From Candidatus Hydrogenedentota bacterium (lineage in GTDB: Bacteria > Hydrogenedentota > Hydrogenedentia > Hydrogenedentales > SLHB01), in assembly GCA_045863295.1 (NCBI GenBank), contig BTWA01000022.1:36366-100365 (forward strand): a stretch of 64,000 nt of DNA, given 5' to 3'. The position numbers were made by a program, and so were the translations under genes. Numbering within the stretch: the stretch's first letter is position 1; each line of letters begins with the position of its first letter. The notes below the pieces were generated by a model. The model searched no databases, was not told the origin of the DNA, and saw nothing but the letters and a program-made list of their open reading frames with translations. This document shows, piece by piece, positions 30,204 to 39,429 of this stretch.

Positions 30204-30439
30204 TCACGAAAAAAGGAGTTGGATTAGTTCGGCCTTTGAAAGCCTGTGGCGATCGGCAATATCACCCAGAATGGCATTGAGTGTTCCAATCCTGAGTTCG
30301 TCATGATCGGGGATGGAAACATGATGTTCGCCATTGTCGTAACGCGAAAGTGTGAACCGGCTTGGCGTGTCCGTTCATAGCCCAAAGCACCTAAAGCCCG
30401 GATTGACGATCGGGCCGAAACGCTTCGAAAAAGCCTTAT
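30204..30439 (-). pseudogene. hicA: HicA-family mRNA interferase pseudogene
   Basis: Manual translation IRLFRSVS..ALGALGYERTRQAGSHFRVTT, then frameshift, DNGEHHVSIPDHDELRIGTLNAILGDIA..LLFS*; the start is ATA where an overlapping ATGA is expected. Confidence 0.8.
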
Positions 30440-30642
30440 GCTTTCAAGAGTTCCTCACGGACAATGTGCAACCGGACTATCTGTGGCGCCTGCTCGTCGT
30501 CATAATGGCAGGCAATGGCCTCAAGAGTACTCGAACGTAGCTCTTCCATCGTATCCGCTTCTGTGAAGATGGATTGGCCAATCGCACGGGCGATATACCC
30601 GCCCTCCGCCGCTTCCTCGACCATAAACAGAATTTCTTGCAT
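30436..30642 (-). CDS. HicB-like antitoxin (short form)
   Basis: EILFMVEEAAEGGYIARAIGQSIFTEADTMEEL..EAIACHY; directly upstream of the hicA remnant. Confidence 0.8.
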   Translation of the reverse strand: MQEILFMVEEAAEGGYIARAIGQSIFTEADTMEELRSSTLEAIACHYDDEQAPQIVRLHIVREELLKA

Positions 30643-30718
30643 GGGAAGTCTCCTGCTACGAGGCGTAGCACAACTTCTGCACTACAATTCAGGCAACACA
30701 GTCAATCGCCTTTACTAC

Positions 30719-30784
30719 AGCGATTTGCGTTTTCACGAAGCCGCAATACATGCCTTGAAGTACTGCACTTAAACGCAAATCGCT
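30719..30784. repeat. Small palindromic element with perfect 14-bp inverted repeats
   Basis: AGCGATTTGCGTTT (30719-30732) and AAACGCAAATCGCT (30771-30784). Confidence 0.75.
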
Positions 30785-30862
30785 CACATTCACGGCTACA
30801 GGTTTTCTTAAATTGCTCTATATCGATGAAATCTGTGGGCGACACTCTCGTGCCAATTCTCC

Positions 30863-31444
30863 TCACTTCGCCTTCGCCAACGCCTCTTCCCGTTCTTTCA
30901 ACAACGACTCCACCGCCGCATCAATGTTTTCCGTCGATCCGTTCGACAGATCCGCGTAGCGGAGAATGCCTTCGTGATCAATGAGGTAAATGTCCGGATA
31001 GCCGTTCACATGATAGGCCGTCACGGTCTGCTTGTCCTTGTCCACCGGTACGCGATAGGTGATGCCTTGTTCCTGAATAAACGCCGCCGCCTTCTCCGTG
31101 GAATGCGTCGTGTGCACCCCAATCACGACCAAACCCCGGTCCGCGTGTTTTGCCTGCAACTCTTTCACATGCGGCACCAGCGCCCGGCACGGCCCGCACC
31201 ACACGCCCCAGAAATCGATCATCACCACGCTGCCCTTCAGATCCGCCAGCGTTGTCGCCTCTCCAGATAACCACTCGCCCACCACCAACTCCGGAGCCGG
31301 TTTGCCCTGCATCGCATCCAACGCCTTGTTCCGCTCCGCGTCGTCGTCCCGCTCTAAAACGAATTCCGGCGCGCTCGACACCAAACCGCCACCCAGCCCT
31401 ACTGCCAAGGCCACCAACATAAGAAATGGGATTGACCGCTTCAT
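30863..31444 (-). CDS. TlpA/ResA-like thiol-disulfide oxidoreductase
   Basis: Signal peptide, IDFWGVWCGPC, VIGVH, YP..YLIDHEG; ATG at 31444. Confidence 0.9.
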   Translation of the reverse strand: MKRSIPFLMLVALAVGLGGGLVSSAPEFVLERDDDAERNKALDAMQGKPAPELVVGEWLSGEATTLADLKGSVVMIDFWGVWCGPCRALVPHVKELQAKHADRGLVVIGVHTTHSTEKAAAFIQEQGITYRVPVDKDKQTVTAYHVNGYPDIYLIDHEGILRYADLSNGSTENIDAAVESLLKEREEALAKAK

Positions 31445-31531
31445 GGTATTCACTCCCCAGGTTTGCCCGACTTGCCGTTCTATGCAACTGTTATGACAGG
31501 TGAAAGCGCCCGCGATCAAGTAGACGCGACT

Positions 31532-31591
31532 CGTCATCCTCGCGAAGGCGGGGACTGTCGCGTCCCCGCCACCTCCGTGCGGATACGCGAG
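31532..31591. repeat. Partial GTCAT-CCCGCGAAGGCGGG-type palindromic repeat
   Basis: CGTCATCCTCGCGAAGGCGGGGAC resembles the left arms at 38638 and 46474. Confidence 0.55.
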
Positions 31592-31698
31592 CCTCTGTGA
31601 TTTTCGTATTACCTTGGCCACTCAAGGCATCACCTGTACACGTCCTGCTACTGTTCCCTTCAAAATCCCACGGACTCCGCAAGTTTCACACCTTCCCC

Positions 31699-34600
31699 TC
31701 AATGAAAATCCCGGCTCCGCACTTCCCGCGGCTTGGTCTCCACTTCCGGTTCCCACACGGCCTCCACCACGAGATGCGTCACGCCTTGTTGCGCTTGCAA
31801 CTTTCCCGTCACGCCCATGAACGACAACGTCTTCGCCAACACCGCGTACTTCTCGAAGGTCTTTTCCCAAATCACGAGGTTCACAAACCCGGTCTCGTCT
31901 TCCAGCGTCATGAACACGACGCCGTTCGCTGTGCCGGGACGTTGCCGGCAAATCACCAGCCCCGCGTATTTCACGCGGCGCCCGTTGGCCATGCGGTGCA
32001 CCGTGGCCGCGTCGGGCAGGCCTTGCGCGGTCATGGCATCGCGCAGCGGCGTCAGTGGATGCCCCCGCGTGCTGTGCGCCGTCCGCGCGTAGTCCCAATG
32101 AATCGTCTCGTAAGCGTTGAGGGGTTCAAACGCGGCCGCATCGCTGCCCATCTCGAAATCGAACTCGCCTTCGCGATCACGATCGATCGCCAGCGCAGAC
32201 CACAACGCCTCGCGCCGCTCACCGGTGAAGCATTCAAAAGCCCCCGCCTCCGCAAGCCGCGCCATCGCCCCGGTGTCCAAGCGTGTGCGCACGGCCACAT
32301 CGTCCATGGACTGAAACACGCGCTCCCCACGCGCCGCCGTAATTCGCGCGCCCGCCGCCTTATGAAAACCCTTCACGTACCGCAGCCCCATCCGCACGGC
32401 AAAGCCTTCGCCGCTGCCCGCGCACGGCTCCAACGTGCACTCCCAATCGCTCTGCGCCACGCACACGGGCCGCACCACCACCCCGTGCCGCTTGCCGTCT
32501 TCCACCAGCGTGGCGGGACTGTAAAACCCCATGGGCTGCGCATTCAGCAATGCCGCCAGAAATGCTGCGGGCTTATGCCGTTTCAGCCACGCCGTCGCAT
32601 ACGCGATCAACGCGAAGCTCGCCGCGTGACTCTCGGGAAATCCGTACTCCCCGAAGCCGCGAATCTGATCGAACACGCGTTCGGCAAACTCCTGCGTGAT
32701 GCCCTTCGCCGCCATGCGCGAGATGAGCCGTTCCCGATGCCGCTCGATGCGCCCCGACTTGCGCCACGCCGCCATGTCGCGCCGCAATTGATCGGCCTCG
32801 CCGGGCGTGTAATCTGCCGCCACCATGGCCAACTGCATCACCTGTTCTTGAAACAAGGGAATGCCCAGGGTCTTTTTCAGAATCGGCTCCAGGCACGCGT
32901 GGGGATAGGTCACCGGCTCTTCGCCGTTGCGCCGCCTCAGATACGGATGCACCATGCCGCCGGTAATCGGCCCCGGCCGCACGATGCTCACCTCGATCAC
33001 CAAATCGTAATAGGTCTTCGGCTTCAACCGCGGCAACATGGCCATCTGCGCGCGGCTCTCGATCTGAAACACGCCCACCGTGTCCCCGCGCTGCACCATT
33101 TCATATGTCGCCGGGTCTTCCGCCGGCACCGTCGCCATGGTCAGTTGCTCGCCGCAATGCCGTTCGATCAAATCAAACGAACGATGCACCACATTCAGCG
33201 CGCCCAGCCCCAACAGGTCCACCTTGAACAAACCCAGCTCTTCCACGTCCTCCTTGTCCCACTGAATCACCGTGCGGTCGGGCATCGTCGCATTCTCGAT
33301 GGGCACGAGATCGTGCACCGGCTCGTGCCCCAGCAGAAACCCGCCGGGATGAATCGACAAATGCCGCGGCGTGTCTTCAATCTCCTTGCTCAACCGCATC
33401 CAATTCGCATGAATCGGATTCGACCCGTTGAACCCCGCGCTTTTAAAAGTCTCGTCGTTCGGATATTCGTAATGCGACAACAGCCGCGCGCACCGCTCGA
33501 TGGACGTCTCCGCCACGCCCAGCACCTTCCCCACTTCCCGCACCGCCGACCGCGCGCGATAGCGAATAAAATTCGCCACCATCGCCGCGTGCGACCGCCC
33601 ATACTTCGCATACATGTGCTGGATCGCTTCCTCGCGCCGATCGTGTTCGATGTCCAAATCGATGTCCGGCGGTTCCGCCCGCTCCTTCGACAAAAAACGC
33701 TCGAACAACAATCCCATCCGCACCGGATCCACCGCTGTGATCCCCAGGCAATAACACACCGCCGAATTCGCCGCCGACCCCCGCCCCTGACACAGAATGT
33801 TCCGCTCCCTGCAGAACTGCACAATCTCGTGCATGGTGAGAAAATAGCCTTCGTATTGGAGTTCCCGGATCAATGCAAGTTCCTTCTCCAGTTCCTGGAG
33901 AAGAGAAGCCTCAGGCTTCCCCTTCGCCCCCGCGATCACAAGCTCCCGCAACCACGCCCCCGCGCTCATCCCAAACGGCAGCCGCTCCACCGGATACCGG
34001 TAGCGAATCTCCCGCAACGAAAACGTGCAGCGCTCCGCCACCGCCTCCGCGCGCCGCACCGACTCCGGGTCGTCCTCAAACAACTGCGCGAACCCGCGCG
34101 GTGTGCGCAACGCATGTTCCGCATTCGGATTCGTCAGCCGCCCCGCCGACGCCAGCGTCACCCCATGCCGGATGCACGTCAACACATCCTGCAACGCCCG
34201 CCGCGACGGCATGTGATACAGCACCTCCATCCCCGCGACCACCGGCAGGCCGAACCGCTTCGCCCGCTCGCGCACGCGCCGTTCCACGCGCGCCTCGCCT
34301 TCGCGCCGATGCCGCGCGGCCATGGCATACACCCGATCGCCAAAGGCCTCGCGCAACGCATCCGCCATGGCATCGCAGTCCCCCTCCCCCGCGATGCGGC
34401 TCCGTGCCCCGCCCCACACCGCAATCAGCCCCGCCGCATGTCCGCACACCTCTTCCACGCTCACCTGGCTGATCCCCTTCGGCGACCGCAACCGCCCCTT
34501 CGAAATCAGCCGGCACAAATTCGCGTACCCCCCGCGATCCATCGCCAGCAACACAATCACCGACCCATCAAACAACGTCAGCTCCGCGCCAACGATCAGA

Positions 34601-34770
34601 TGAACGCCCAACTCTTCCGACCGCTTCAACGCCCGCACAATCCCATACACCCCATCCCGATCCGTCAACGCAATCGACCGCACCCCCAACCGATGCGCCT
34701 CCTCCACCAACTCCTCGGGATGAGAAGCCCCCTCAAGAAAAGAAAAGTTACTCTTGCACCAGAGCATCAT
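31699..34770 (-). CDS. dnaE2: Error-prone DNA polymerase DnaE2 (ImuC)
   Basis: PHP domain [32 protein letters not shown] catalytic motif, [13 protein letters not shown] fold and C-terminal SRDFH motif; start 34770 or 34779. Confidence 0.97.
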   Translation of the reverse strand: MMLWCKSNFSFLEGASHPEELVEEAHRLGVRSIALTDRDGVYGIVRALKRSEELGVHLIVGAELTLFDGSVIVLLAMDRGGYANLCRLISKGRLRSPKGISQVSVEEVCGHAAGLIAVWGGARSRIAGEGDCDAMADALREAFGDRVYAMAARHRREGEARVERRVRERAKRFGLPVVAGMEVLYHMPSRRALQDVLTCIRHGVTLASAGRLTNPNAEHALRTPRGFAQLFEDDPESVRRAEAVAERCTFSLREIRYRYPVERLPFGMSAGAWLRELVIAGAKGKPEASLLQELEKELALIRELQYEGYFLTMHEIVQFCRERNILCQGRGSAANSAVCYCLGITAVDPVRMGLLFERFLSKERAEPPDIDLDIEHDRREEAIQHMYAKYGRSHAAMVANFIRYRARSAVREVGKVLGVAETSIERCARLLSHYEYPNDETFKSAGFNGSNPIHANWMRLSKEIEDTPRHLSIHPGGFLLGHEPVHDLVPIENATMPDRTVIQWDKEDVEELGLFKVDLLGLGALNVVHRSFDLIERHCGEQLTMATVPAEDPATYEMVQRGDTVGVFQIESRAQMAMLPRLKPKTYYDLVIEVSIVRPGPITGGMVHPYLRRRNGEEPVTYPHACLEPILKKTLGIPLFQEQVMQLAMVAADYTPGEADQLRRDMAAWRKSGRIERHRERLISRMAAKGITQEFAERVFDQIRGFGEYGFPESHAASFALIAYATAWLKRHKPAAFLAALLNAQPMGFYSPATLVEDGKRHGVVVRPVCVAQSDWECTLEPCAGSGEGFAVRMGLRYVKGFHKAAGARITAARGERVFQSMDDVAVRTRLDTGAMARLAEAGAFECFTGERREALWSALAIDRDREGEFDFEMGSDAAAFEPLNAYETIHWDYARTAHSTRGHPLTPLRDAMTAQGLPDAATVHRMANGRRVKYAGLVICRQRPGTANGVVFMTLEDETGFVNLVIWEKTFEKYAVLAKTLSFMGVTGKLQAQQGVTHLVVEAVWEPEVETKPREVRSRDFH

Positions 34771-34782
34771 TCGTACCACCTA

Positions 34783-34948
34783 TTTGGACTGCGGTGGCAA
34801 AGGCGCCAGCCGACGACACCGCTTTCACTCTCGAAGCAAAAAAACATCCACGCAACAGCTAAGCCTCCCTACCGCACACAGCCCAACTTCCAAACAGCCA
34901 AAGCGCCGTCGACGTCCGCCGTGGCGGACTCTGCCGGCGCACTCCAAA
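34783..34948. repeat. REP-like bipartite palindromic element between imuB and dnaE2
   Basis: Outer IR TTTGGACTGCG / CGCACTCCAAA, inner CGCTTT / AAAGCG, embedded GTCCGCC-GT-GGCGGAC hairpin; left arm repeated at 36634-36682. Confidence 0.75.
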
Positions 34949-34963
34949 AAATGCTCTGCGTCG

Positions 34964-36448
34964 TCACTGAATCTCTCCCTGCAAAAACCACCGCCTCCGC
35001 TTCTCGTCAAAATAAATCCACAACCAACGCCCGCTCCGCGTCCGCACGTAGTAATACGCCCGCGACACCTCCCGCACCCACCAGCCGCCCGACACCACCA
35101 TCGGCCCAATCACCTCCTCCACAGGCCCATCCGCCAGCGTCCCCACCAGCCACCCATCCGGCTCGTTCCGCGCGCGGCCGGGCAGTTCCCGCGCGGGCGC
35201 GTACACCCGCCGCACCAACGGCATCAGATCCGCTTTCCGCCCCGTCGGCGCCGGCAAATGCCCCAGCACCTCCCAGCCATACCGCGCCTCCGGCAAATGC
35301 CCCTCCCCCAACCGCGCCCACACCACCGCGTCATTCCCAAACTCCGCCCGGATCCGCGCAAAGGCCCGCTCCGCCGCCGCCGCATTCTCCCGCGGCGCAT
35401 CGGCAAACAACGTCAACTGATCCTCGCTCGCCGCCACCCCCGCCAGCCCCAGCCCAAACCCCACCACCCCCGCGCTCAACGCCACCCCGTCCAACCGCAA
35501 CTTCACCAACCCCAACAGCGCCCCCCCATCCCCCGTCGGCGCCGCGGGCGACACCCCCTCCTCCACCACGGTCCCATCATCCAGCCACAGCCTCACCTCC
35601 ACCGCCGACGCCACCTCGTGCCGCGCCGCCAACTCCCCCAGCAACCCCTGCAACACGCCCGCCATGCGAAACACCAGCCGCTCCACGCTCCGCTCCGCAT
35701 ACTCCAAATCCACCCGCCGGACCACCGCCTCCCGCAACGCCGCCGGATTCAACGGCGCCCACCCGTCCCCCCGCGCAAACCGGTGCAACGCCGCCGCCTC
35801 CGCCCCGAACCGCGCCATCACCCCCCCCGGCGGCAGATCGATAAACCCGCCCAGCGTGGTGATCCCCAGCTTCGCCAGCGTATCCCGCAACGTGGGATTC
35901 ACCCCCAGCCGCCCCATCGGCACCCGCCGCACATGGGCCTGCTCCGCCGCCGCGCTCTCGAACACCACATTCCGCCGCCCCGACCGCGCCGCCGCATACG
36001 TCCCGAACCGCGAAAACCCCACCGCCGCCACCGCGTGGTACCCCGCGTCCTTCAAATCCCCGCACACCGCCTCCGCCCACCCCGCAAGCGACGGATACAA
36101 AATCCCCATCCCCGACACATCCAGCCAGAACACCCCCGGCTCCAAACCGTGCGGCTCAATCCGTGGACTAAACCGCCACAACCGCTCCGTCAACCCCGCC
36201 ACCGCCTCCGCCACCGCACCCGAAGACACCACCCCCCCGCGCAAATCCCCCGCCAACGCCAGCCCCGCCGCATACCGCACCCCCGGAAAAATCCGTCGCG
36301 AAAGCGCCACCCCATTCGCATACAGCACAACCCCGCTAGGCTTGTCCCGATCCACAACCACAACAGGCCCCAAAGCCCAATCCGGATGCGCAAGCAAAAG
36401 GATCTGAAGCGGAAGCGAAGATATGTCGATACAAGAGAAATAGGTCAT
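34964..36448 (-). CDS. imuB: ImuB, catalytically inactive Y-family polymerase-like protein
   Basis: LWRFSPRIE...GVFWLD, LAKLGITTLGGF, beta-clamp-like QLTLF, HLPEARY, GGWW..EVSRAYY, WLWIYFD..RRRWFLQG; adjacent to dnaE2. Confidence 0.92.
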   Translation of the reverse strand: MTYFSCIDISSLPLQILLLAHPDWALGPVVVVDRDKPSGVVLYANGVALSRRIFPGVRYAAGLALAGDLRGGVVSSGAVAEAVAGLTERLWRFSPRIEPHGLEPGVFWLDVSGMGILYPSLAGWAEAVCGDLKDAGYHAVAAVGFSRFGTYAAARSGRRNVVFESAAAEQAHVRRVPMGRLGVNPTLRDTLAKLGITTLGGFIDLPPGGVMARFGAEAAALHRFARGDGWAPLNPAALREAVVRRVDLEYAERSVERLVFRMAGVLQGLLGELAARHEVASAVEVRLWLDDGTVVEEGVSPAAPTGDGGALLGLVKLRLDGVALSAGVVGFGLGLAGVAASEDQLTLFADAPRENAAAAERAFARIRAEFGNDAVVWARLGEGHLPEARYGWEVLGHLPAPTGRKADLMPLVRRVYAPARELPGRARNEPDGWLVGTLADGPVEEVIGPMVVSGGWWVREVSRAYYYVRTRSGRWLWIYFDEKRRRWFLQGEIQ

Positions 36449-36480
36449 GGCTAAAACCAATAAATAAAATGACTTGGCCT

Positions 36481-36534
36481 TTCCTGCCTACAGCCTGCCG
36501 TAAGGCATTTTTCCTACCTACAGCCTACAGCCTA
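36481..36534. repeat. CCTACAG heptamer repeats with a TGCCGTAAGGCA micro-hairpin in the imuB leader
   Basis: TTCCTRCCTACAGCCT occurs twice, then CCTACAG-CCTACAG-CCTA. Confidence 0.7.
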
Positions 36535-36550
36535 GGCCGTGCCAACGGCC

Positions 36551-36579
36551 ATACTACTGTATTTTTATTCAGTTATCAA
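36551..36579 (-). promoter_or_regulatory. Sigma70 promoter with LexA (SOS) box upstream of imuB
   Basis: Minus strand TTGATA-17 bp-TAGTAT; spacer holds CTGTATTTTTATTCAG (36557-36572); 27/30 identical to 44500-44529. Confidence 0.85.
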
Positions 36580-36633
36580 TCAGTGGAACCAGGAACGGAG
36601 AGGAAAGGGCCAAGGCAGGAAAAACCACCCATA

Positions 36634-36682
36634 TGGACTGCGGTGGCAAAGGCGAAAGCCGACGACACCGCTTTGGCTCTCG
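36634..36682. repeat. Single arm of the REP-like element at 34783
   Basis: TGGACTGCGGTGGCAAAGGCG..AGCCGACGACACCGCTTT nearly identical to 34785-34826. Confidence 0.8.
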
Positions 36683-36904
36683 GAGGGGGGAACGGCAAAA
36701 ATCTAAAAAGCCAAGAGTAGATACGTCATATTCTACTCGTTCACAAGCTCCAGCTTGGAAATGCCCGTCCGCAAAGTTCCACATTGTAAACCAATCAAAC
36801 AACCACAACGGCCGACGCACTCATTAGCGTTCAACTTTGCTAGGATTGGTATCGACAACAAACGGCGACAAGCACGTAGGTAAATTCAAAAGGCGGCAAC
36901 TGAT

Positions 36905-37471
36905 TTGAATCAAGAAACAGACGACTGCGCCAAGACCTTTCACAATCTCATCGCTGCAATTCAAAGAGGCCAGATCAATGTCTACGAATATCTGCTGGAA
37001 CGCATTTCAATAGTCTCCGACCAATGGGATTCAAATGATATCGCTAAAGGTGTCCATTCAATACTCGTATCCGAGCACTTCCAGAAAAACCGCCATTCCA
37101 GCGTTTTCTTTGTCACATTAAAGTTTGACCTATGGCCCATTCTTGCGGAACCGGAAAGGCAGTACATCGCACAGGTCCTTTCAGAAGTCTATCCCCGCTT
37201 CTCGGAAGAGGCCACATGCATGCAGGCCCTGGAAGCCATAGCGGATACGTGCCCCGCAACCTTCGTGAACACCATGCGGTCCCTCGTCAAAATATGCGAT
37301 GAGAAACAAATGGCCCTGATTCCCTACGGCCTCTACTACTTCTGCAAGAACTACAGCGAAAGTCACAAATACTCAGAGGCGAATGCATTGCTAAACGAAT
37401 TGGCAAACGTGCAATCAAAGATTGTAAGGGCCGAGGCCCAGTTTCACATGGCAAAACTCAACCACGCGTAA
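36905..37471 (+). CDS. Orphan all-helical hypothetical protein (HEAT-like; possibly immunity-type)
   Basis: 188-aa ORF with lower GC than the flanks and a helical amphipathic pattern; TTG start uncertain. Confidence 0.5.
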   Translation: MNQETDDCAKTFHNLIAAIQRGQINVYEYLLERISIVSDQWDSNDIAKGVHSILVSEHFQKNRHSSVFFVTLKFDLWPILAEPERQYIAQVLSEVYPRFSEEATCMQALEAIADTCPATFVNTMRSLVKICDEKQMALIPYGLYYFCKNYSESHKYSEANALLNELANVQSKIVRAEAQFHMAKLNHA

Positions 37472-37492
37472 AAGCGAATCACATAGCGGTTT

Positions 37493-38155
37493 CTAACACA
37501 ATTTCATTTTCTGGGCTTCATAAACTCGCGCTTTCGCAATCTGAAAATACTTCTTATCACATTCTATGCCCGTGTATGAGCAACCAAGATTAGCGCAGGC
37601 CACTCCGGCACTACCCGAGCCCATGAATATATCTAAGACACGCCCGTTAGACGGCGCAACAGCGGAAACAATATCTCGCATCAACAGCACAGGCTTCTGG
37701 TTCGGATGAATTTGGTTTCTACATACTCGAGTTCTAGAAATAACTGATTTCGGCCGTCTTCCAGGAAAAACAAACTTGCCTTTTGTAGCAAACCACGCCA
37801 ATTCATGACATGGAGCAAACGCGCTCTTTACATCTCCCTGACCATGCAACAACTTATTCCACACAACTTGAGACCGAACACGAAAACCAGCGCAAACCAG
37901 AGCTAACCTAAAGCACTCGGCCACGTCCCAACGACAAAAACAAATGATGGCGCCAGGATCGCGAAGTACACGGTAAGCTTCATCAGCCCACCATATAAAA
38001 GGCGTCTCATCGTTCTGAATGCGCTCGCCGCGCCGAGAGCGGTAGTTAATCCCATAAGGAGGGTCCGCAATAATCGCATCGAAGGAATTGCTCTTAAGAA
38101 AGGGCAAAATCTTTCGACAATCATCATTGTAGAATTGGCAACAGGATTTTGGCAC
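37493..38155 (-). CDS. Orphan N6-adenine/N4-cytosine DNA methyltransferase (beta class)
   Basis: DPPY catalytic motif before HPNQKP and VLDIFMGSGS (motif I); GAGGT RBS; AT-richer than the flanks. Confidence 0.92.
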   Translation of the reverse strand: MPKSCCQFYNDDCRKILPFLKSNSFDAIIADPPYGINYRSRRGERIQNDETPFIWWADEAYRVLRDPGAIICFCRWDVAECFRLALVCAGFRVRSQVVWNKLLHGQGDVKSAFAPCHELAWFATKGKFVFPGRRPKSVISRTRVCRNQIHPNQKPVLLMRDIVSAVAPSNGRVLDIFMGSGSAGVACANLGCSYTGIECDKKYFQIAKARVYEAQKMKLC

Positions 38156-38225
38156 GGTGACCTCACAAGTAGCTTTCCCAACTTCTACTAATTAGTCACC
38201 GAGTGTTGCATTCTCTTGAACTTGC

Positions 38226-38314
38226 TCCCCCCGTGTTGTGGCAGGGTTTCCTGACCACTGGGACTGTACTCAGTCCTCCCTGCCACGCTCCATGACCAGA
38301 ATGGTCTCCTTCTG
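38226..38314. repeat. ~85-bp REP-like repeat, left flank of the RAYT remnant
   Basis: GTGGCAGGG...CCCTGCCAC hairpin plus ACCAGAATGGTCTCC tail; inverted copy at 38833-38920. Confidence 0.85.
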
Positions 38315-38336
38315 TTCCCGAATTCAAAACGAAGGT

Positions 38337-38630
38337 TCATACCCCAATCTCACCGATCACCACATCGGCATAGTCATCCTTGCCTTCAATGTAATACCGC
38401 GCAGACGAAAATCGCCAATGTTCGGCATATAACACCAGGCCCTTCCGGCGCGGGTTGTCGTGGAGATAGTCGCGCTTCTGACGCAGGAAATACTCCAAGG
38501 TAATAGAAGGAGGATGCCGGGTCGGCTGCCAGAATCACCGCACGCGATCCGGCTGGTATGTCGAACGGCATCCGAAAATCACGGCGGCAAATACTGATCA
38601 GCACAGTCGGCCAATGCGCGGCCGGCATCT
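38337..38630 (-). pseudogene. C-terminal remnant of a REP-associated tyrosine transposase (RAYT, IS200/Y1-like HUH)
   Basis: Manual minus-strand translation PDRVR*FWQPTRHPPSITLEYFLRQKRDYLHDNPRRKGLVLYAEHWRFSSARYY..GV*, matching the FWQ / YxHxNP..GLV / W.FSS pattern; in-frame stops, a frameshift and a missing HUH half. Confidence 0.8.
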
Positions 38631-38637
38631 TTTTCTT

Positions 38638-38723
38638 CGTCACCCCCGCGAAAGCAGGGGTCCATCTTTACCGCCAGAGGTTGATCTGCGTACTCATGGA
38701 TTCCCGCCTGCGCGGGAATGACG
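38638..38723. repeat. Palindromic repeat of the GTCA..CCCGCGAAAGC.GGG / TGGATTCCCGC..CGCGGGAATGAC type
   Basis: Two inverted hairpin arms; lies at the RAYT truncation point; same family as 46474-46539. Confidence 0.85.
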
Positions 38724-38832
38724 GTCGTGGAGAGGGCACGCGCGACCGTGTAAGCGAAAGATTTCCACGGAGATAGTCTGCCAAGGCCATACAACAAAAA
38801 ATGGAAAGCACAAAAACGCCCACGCAAAGCAT

Positions 38833-38920
38833 CAGAACTGGAGACCATTCTGGTTATAGCCGTCGCAGGAAGGTCAGAGTACAGTCCTTGTGGTCGGGAG
38901 TCCTTGCCACGACAAAGGGG
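38833..38920. repeat. ~85-bp REP-like repeat, right flank (inverted) of the RAYT remnant
   Basis: Reverse complement GTCGTGGCAAGGACTCCCGACCACAAGGACTGTACTCTGACCTTCCTGCGAC..ACCAGAATGGTCTCC aligns with 38235-38309. Confidence 0.85.
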
Positions 38921-38931
38921 ACGCTTTCTTA

Positions 38932-39207
38932 TCATTTAAACACAAACGCAAACCCCACCAACGCATGTAAGATGAGCCACAAACCCACTATCAGGTATTT
39001 CCTCCACGAACTTGCTATCCCTGCAATTGACGCCCAGAGCAGGAGGTACACAGGTAAACAGAACCCGGTCATGCCGTAAAGCATAGGAAAAATCGTGTCA
39101 TCCAATGTATCTCCAAAATAGAGTTTCAGTGTCGCCGCCAGCAGGACTGCGCATAGAATCCAAATTGAAAGAACCTGGTGCAACCGTCTTATCCACACAC
39201 TTGTCAT
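38932..39207 (-). CDS. Small orphan membrane protein (3 TM)
   Basis: 91 aa from ATG 39207 with three hydrophobic stretches. Confidence 0.55.
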   Translation of the reverse strand: MTSVWIRRLHQVLSIWILCAVLLAATLKLYFGDTLDDTIFPMLYGMTGFCLPVYLLLWASIAGIASSWRKYLIVGLWLILHALVGFAFVFK

Positions 39208-39380
39208 GCCTAATTCCCGTCTTCCGTAAATACCCGCGCCTCTACGCCAACCCCGTCCCCGAACCGCGCGCACCCGTACCCACACCTATCACAAATCCCC
39301 TGGGCCCCACCAAAAAATCCGCCAGCAAGCTGCCGCCAAATAGTCCGCGCCGCCGGCCGCTAGGTCTGCGCTTCTCTTTT

Positions 39381-39419
39381 CCCTCTTAAAATCTGCGCTC
39401 ATCCGCGCAATCTGCGGAC
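39381..39419. repeat. ATCTGCG-type short repeat cluster
   Basis: CCTCTTAAAATCTGCGCTCATCCGCGCAATCTGCGGAC; direct-repeat partner at 40031-40060. Confidence 0.75.
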
Positions 39420-39429
39420 ACATACGCGT

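Noticed and set aside
31597..35844. 1415-aa plus-strand ORF, and 34754-36454 and 35664-36407
   Set aside because: Antisense shadows of dnaE2/imuB caused by the C-rich skew; Pro/Arg/His-rich with no domain motifs
38386..38935. ORF-track calls 38386-38643, 38558-38776 and 38579-38935 as genes
   Set aside because: They run through repeats and off-frame parts of the RAYT pseudogene
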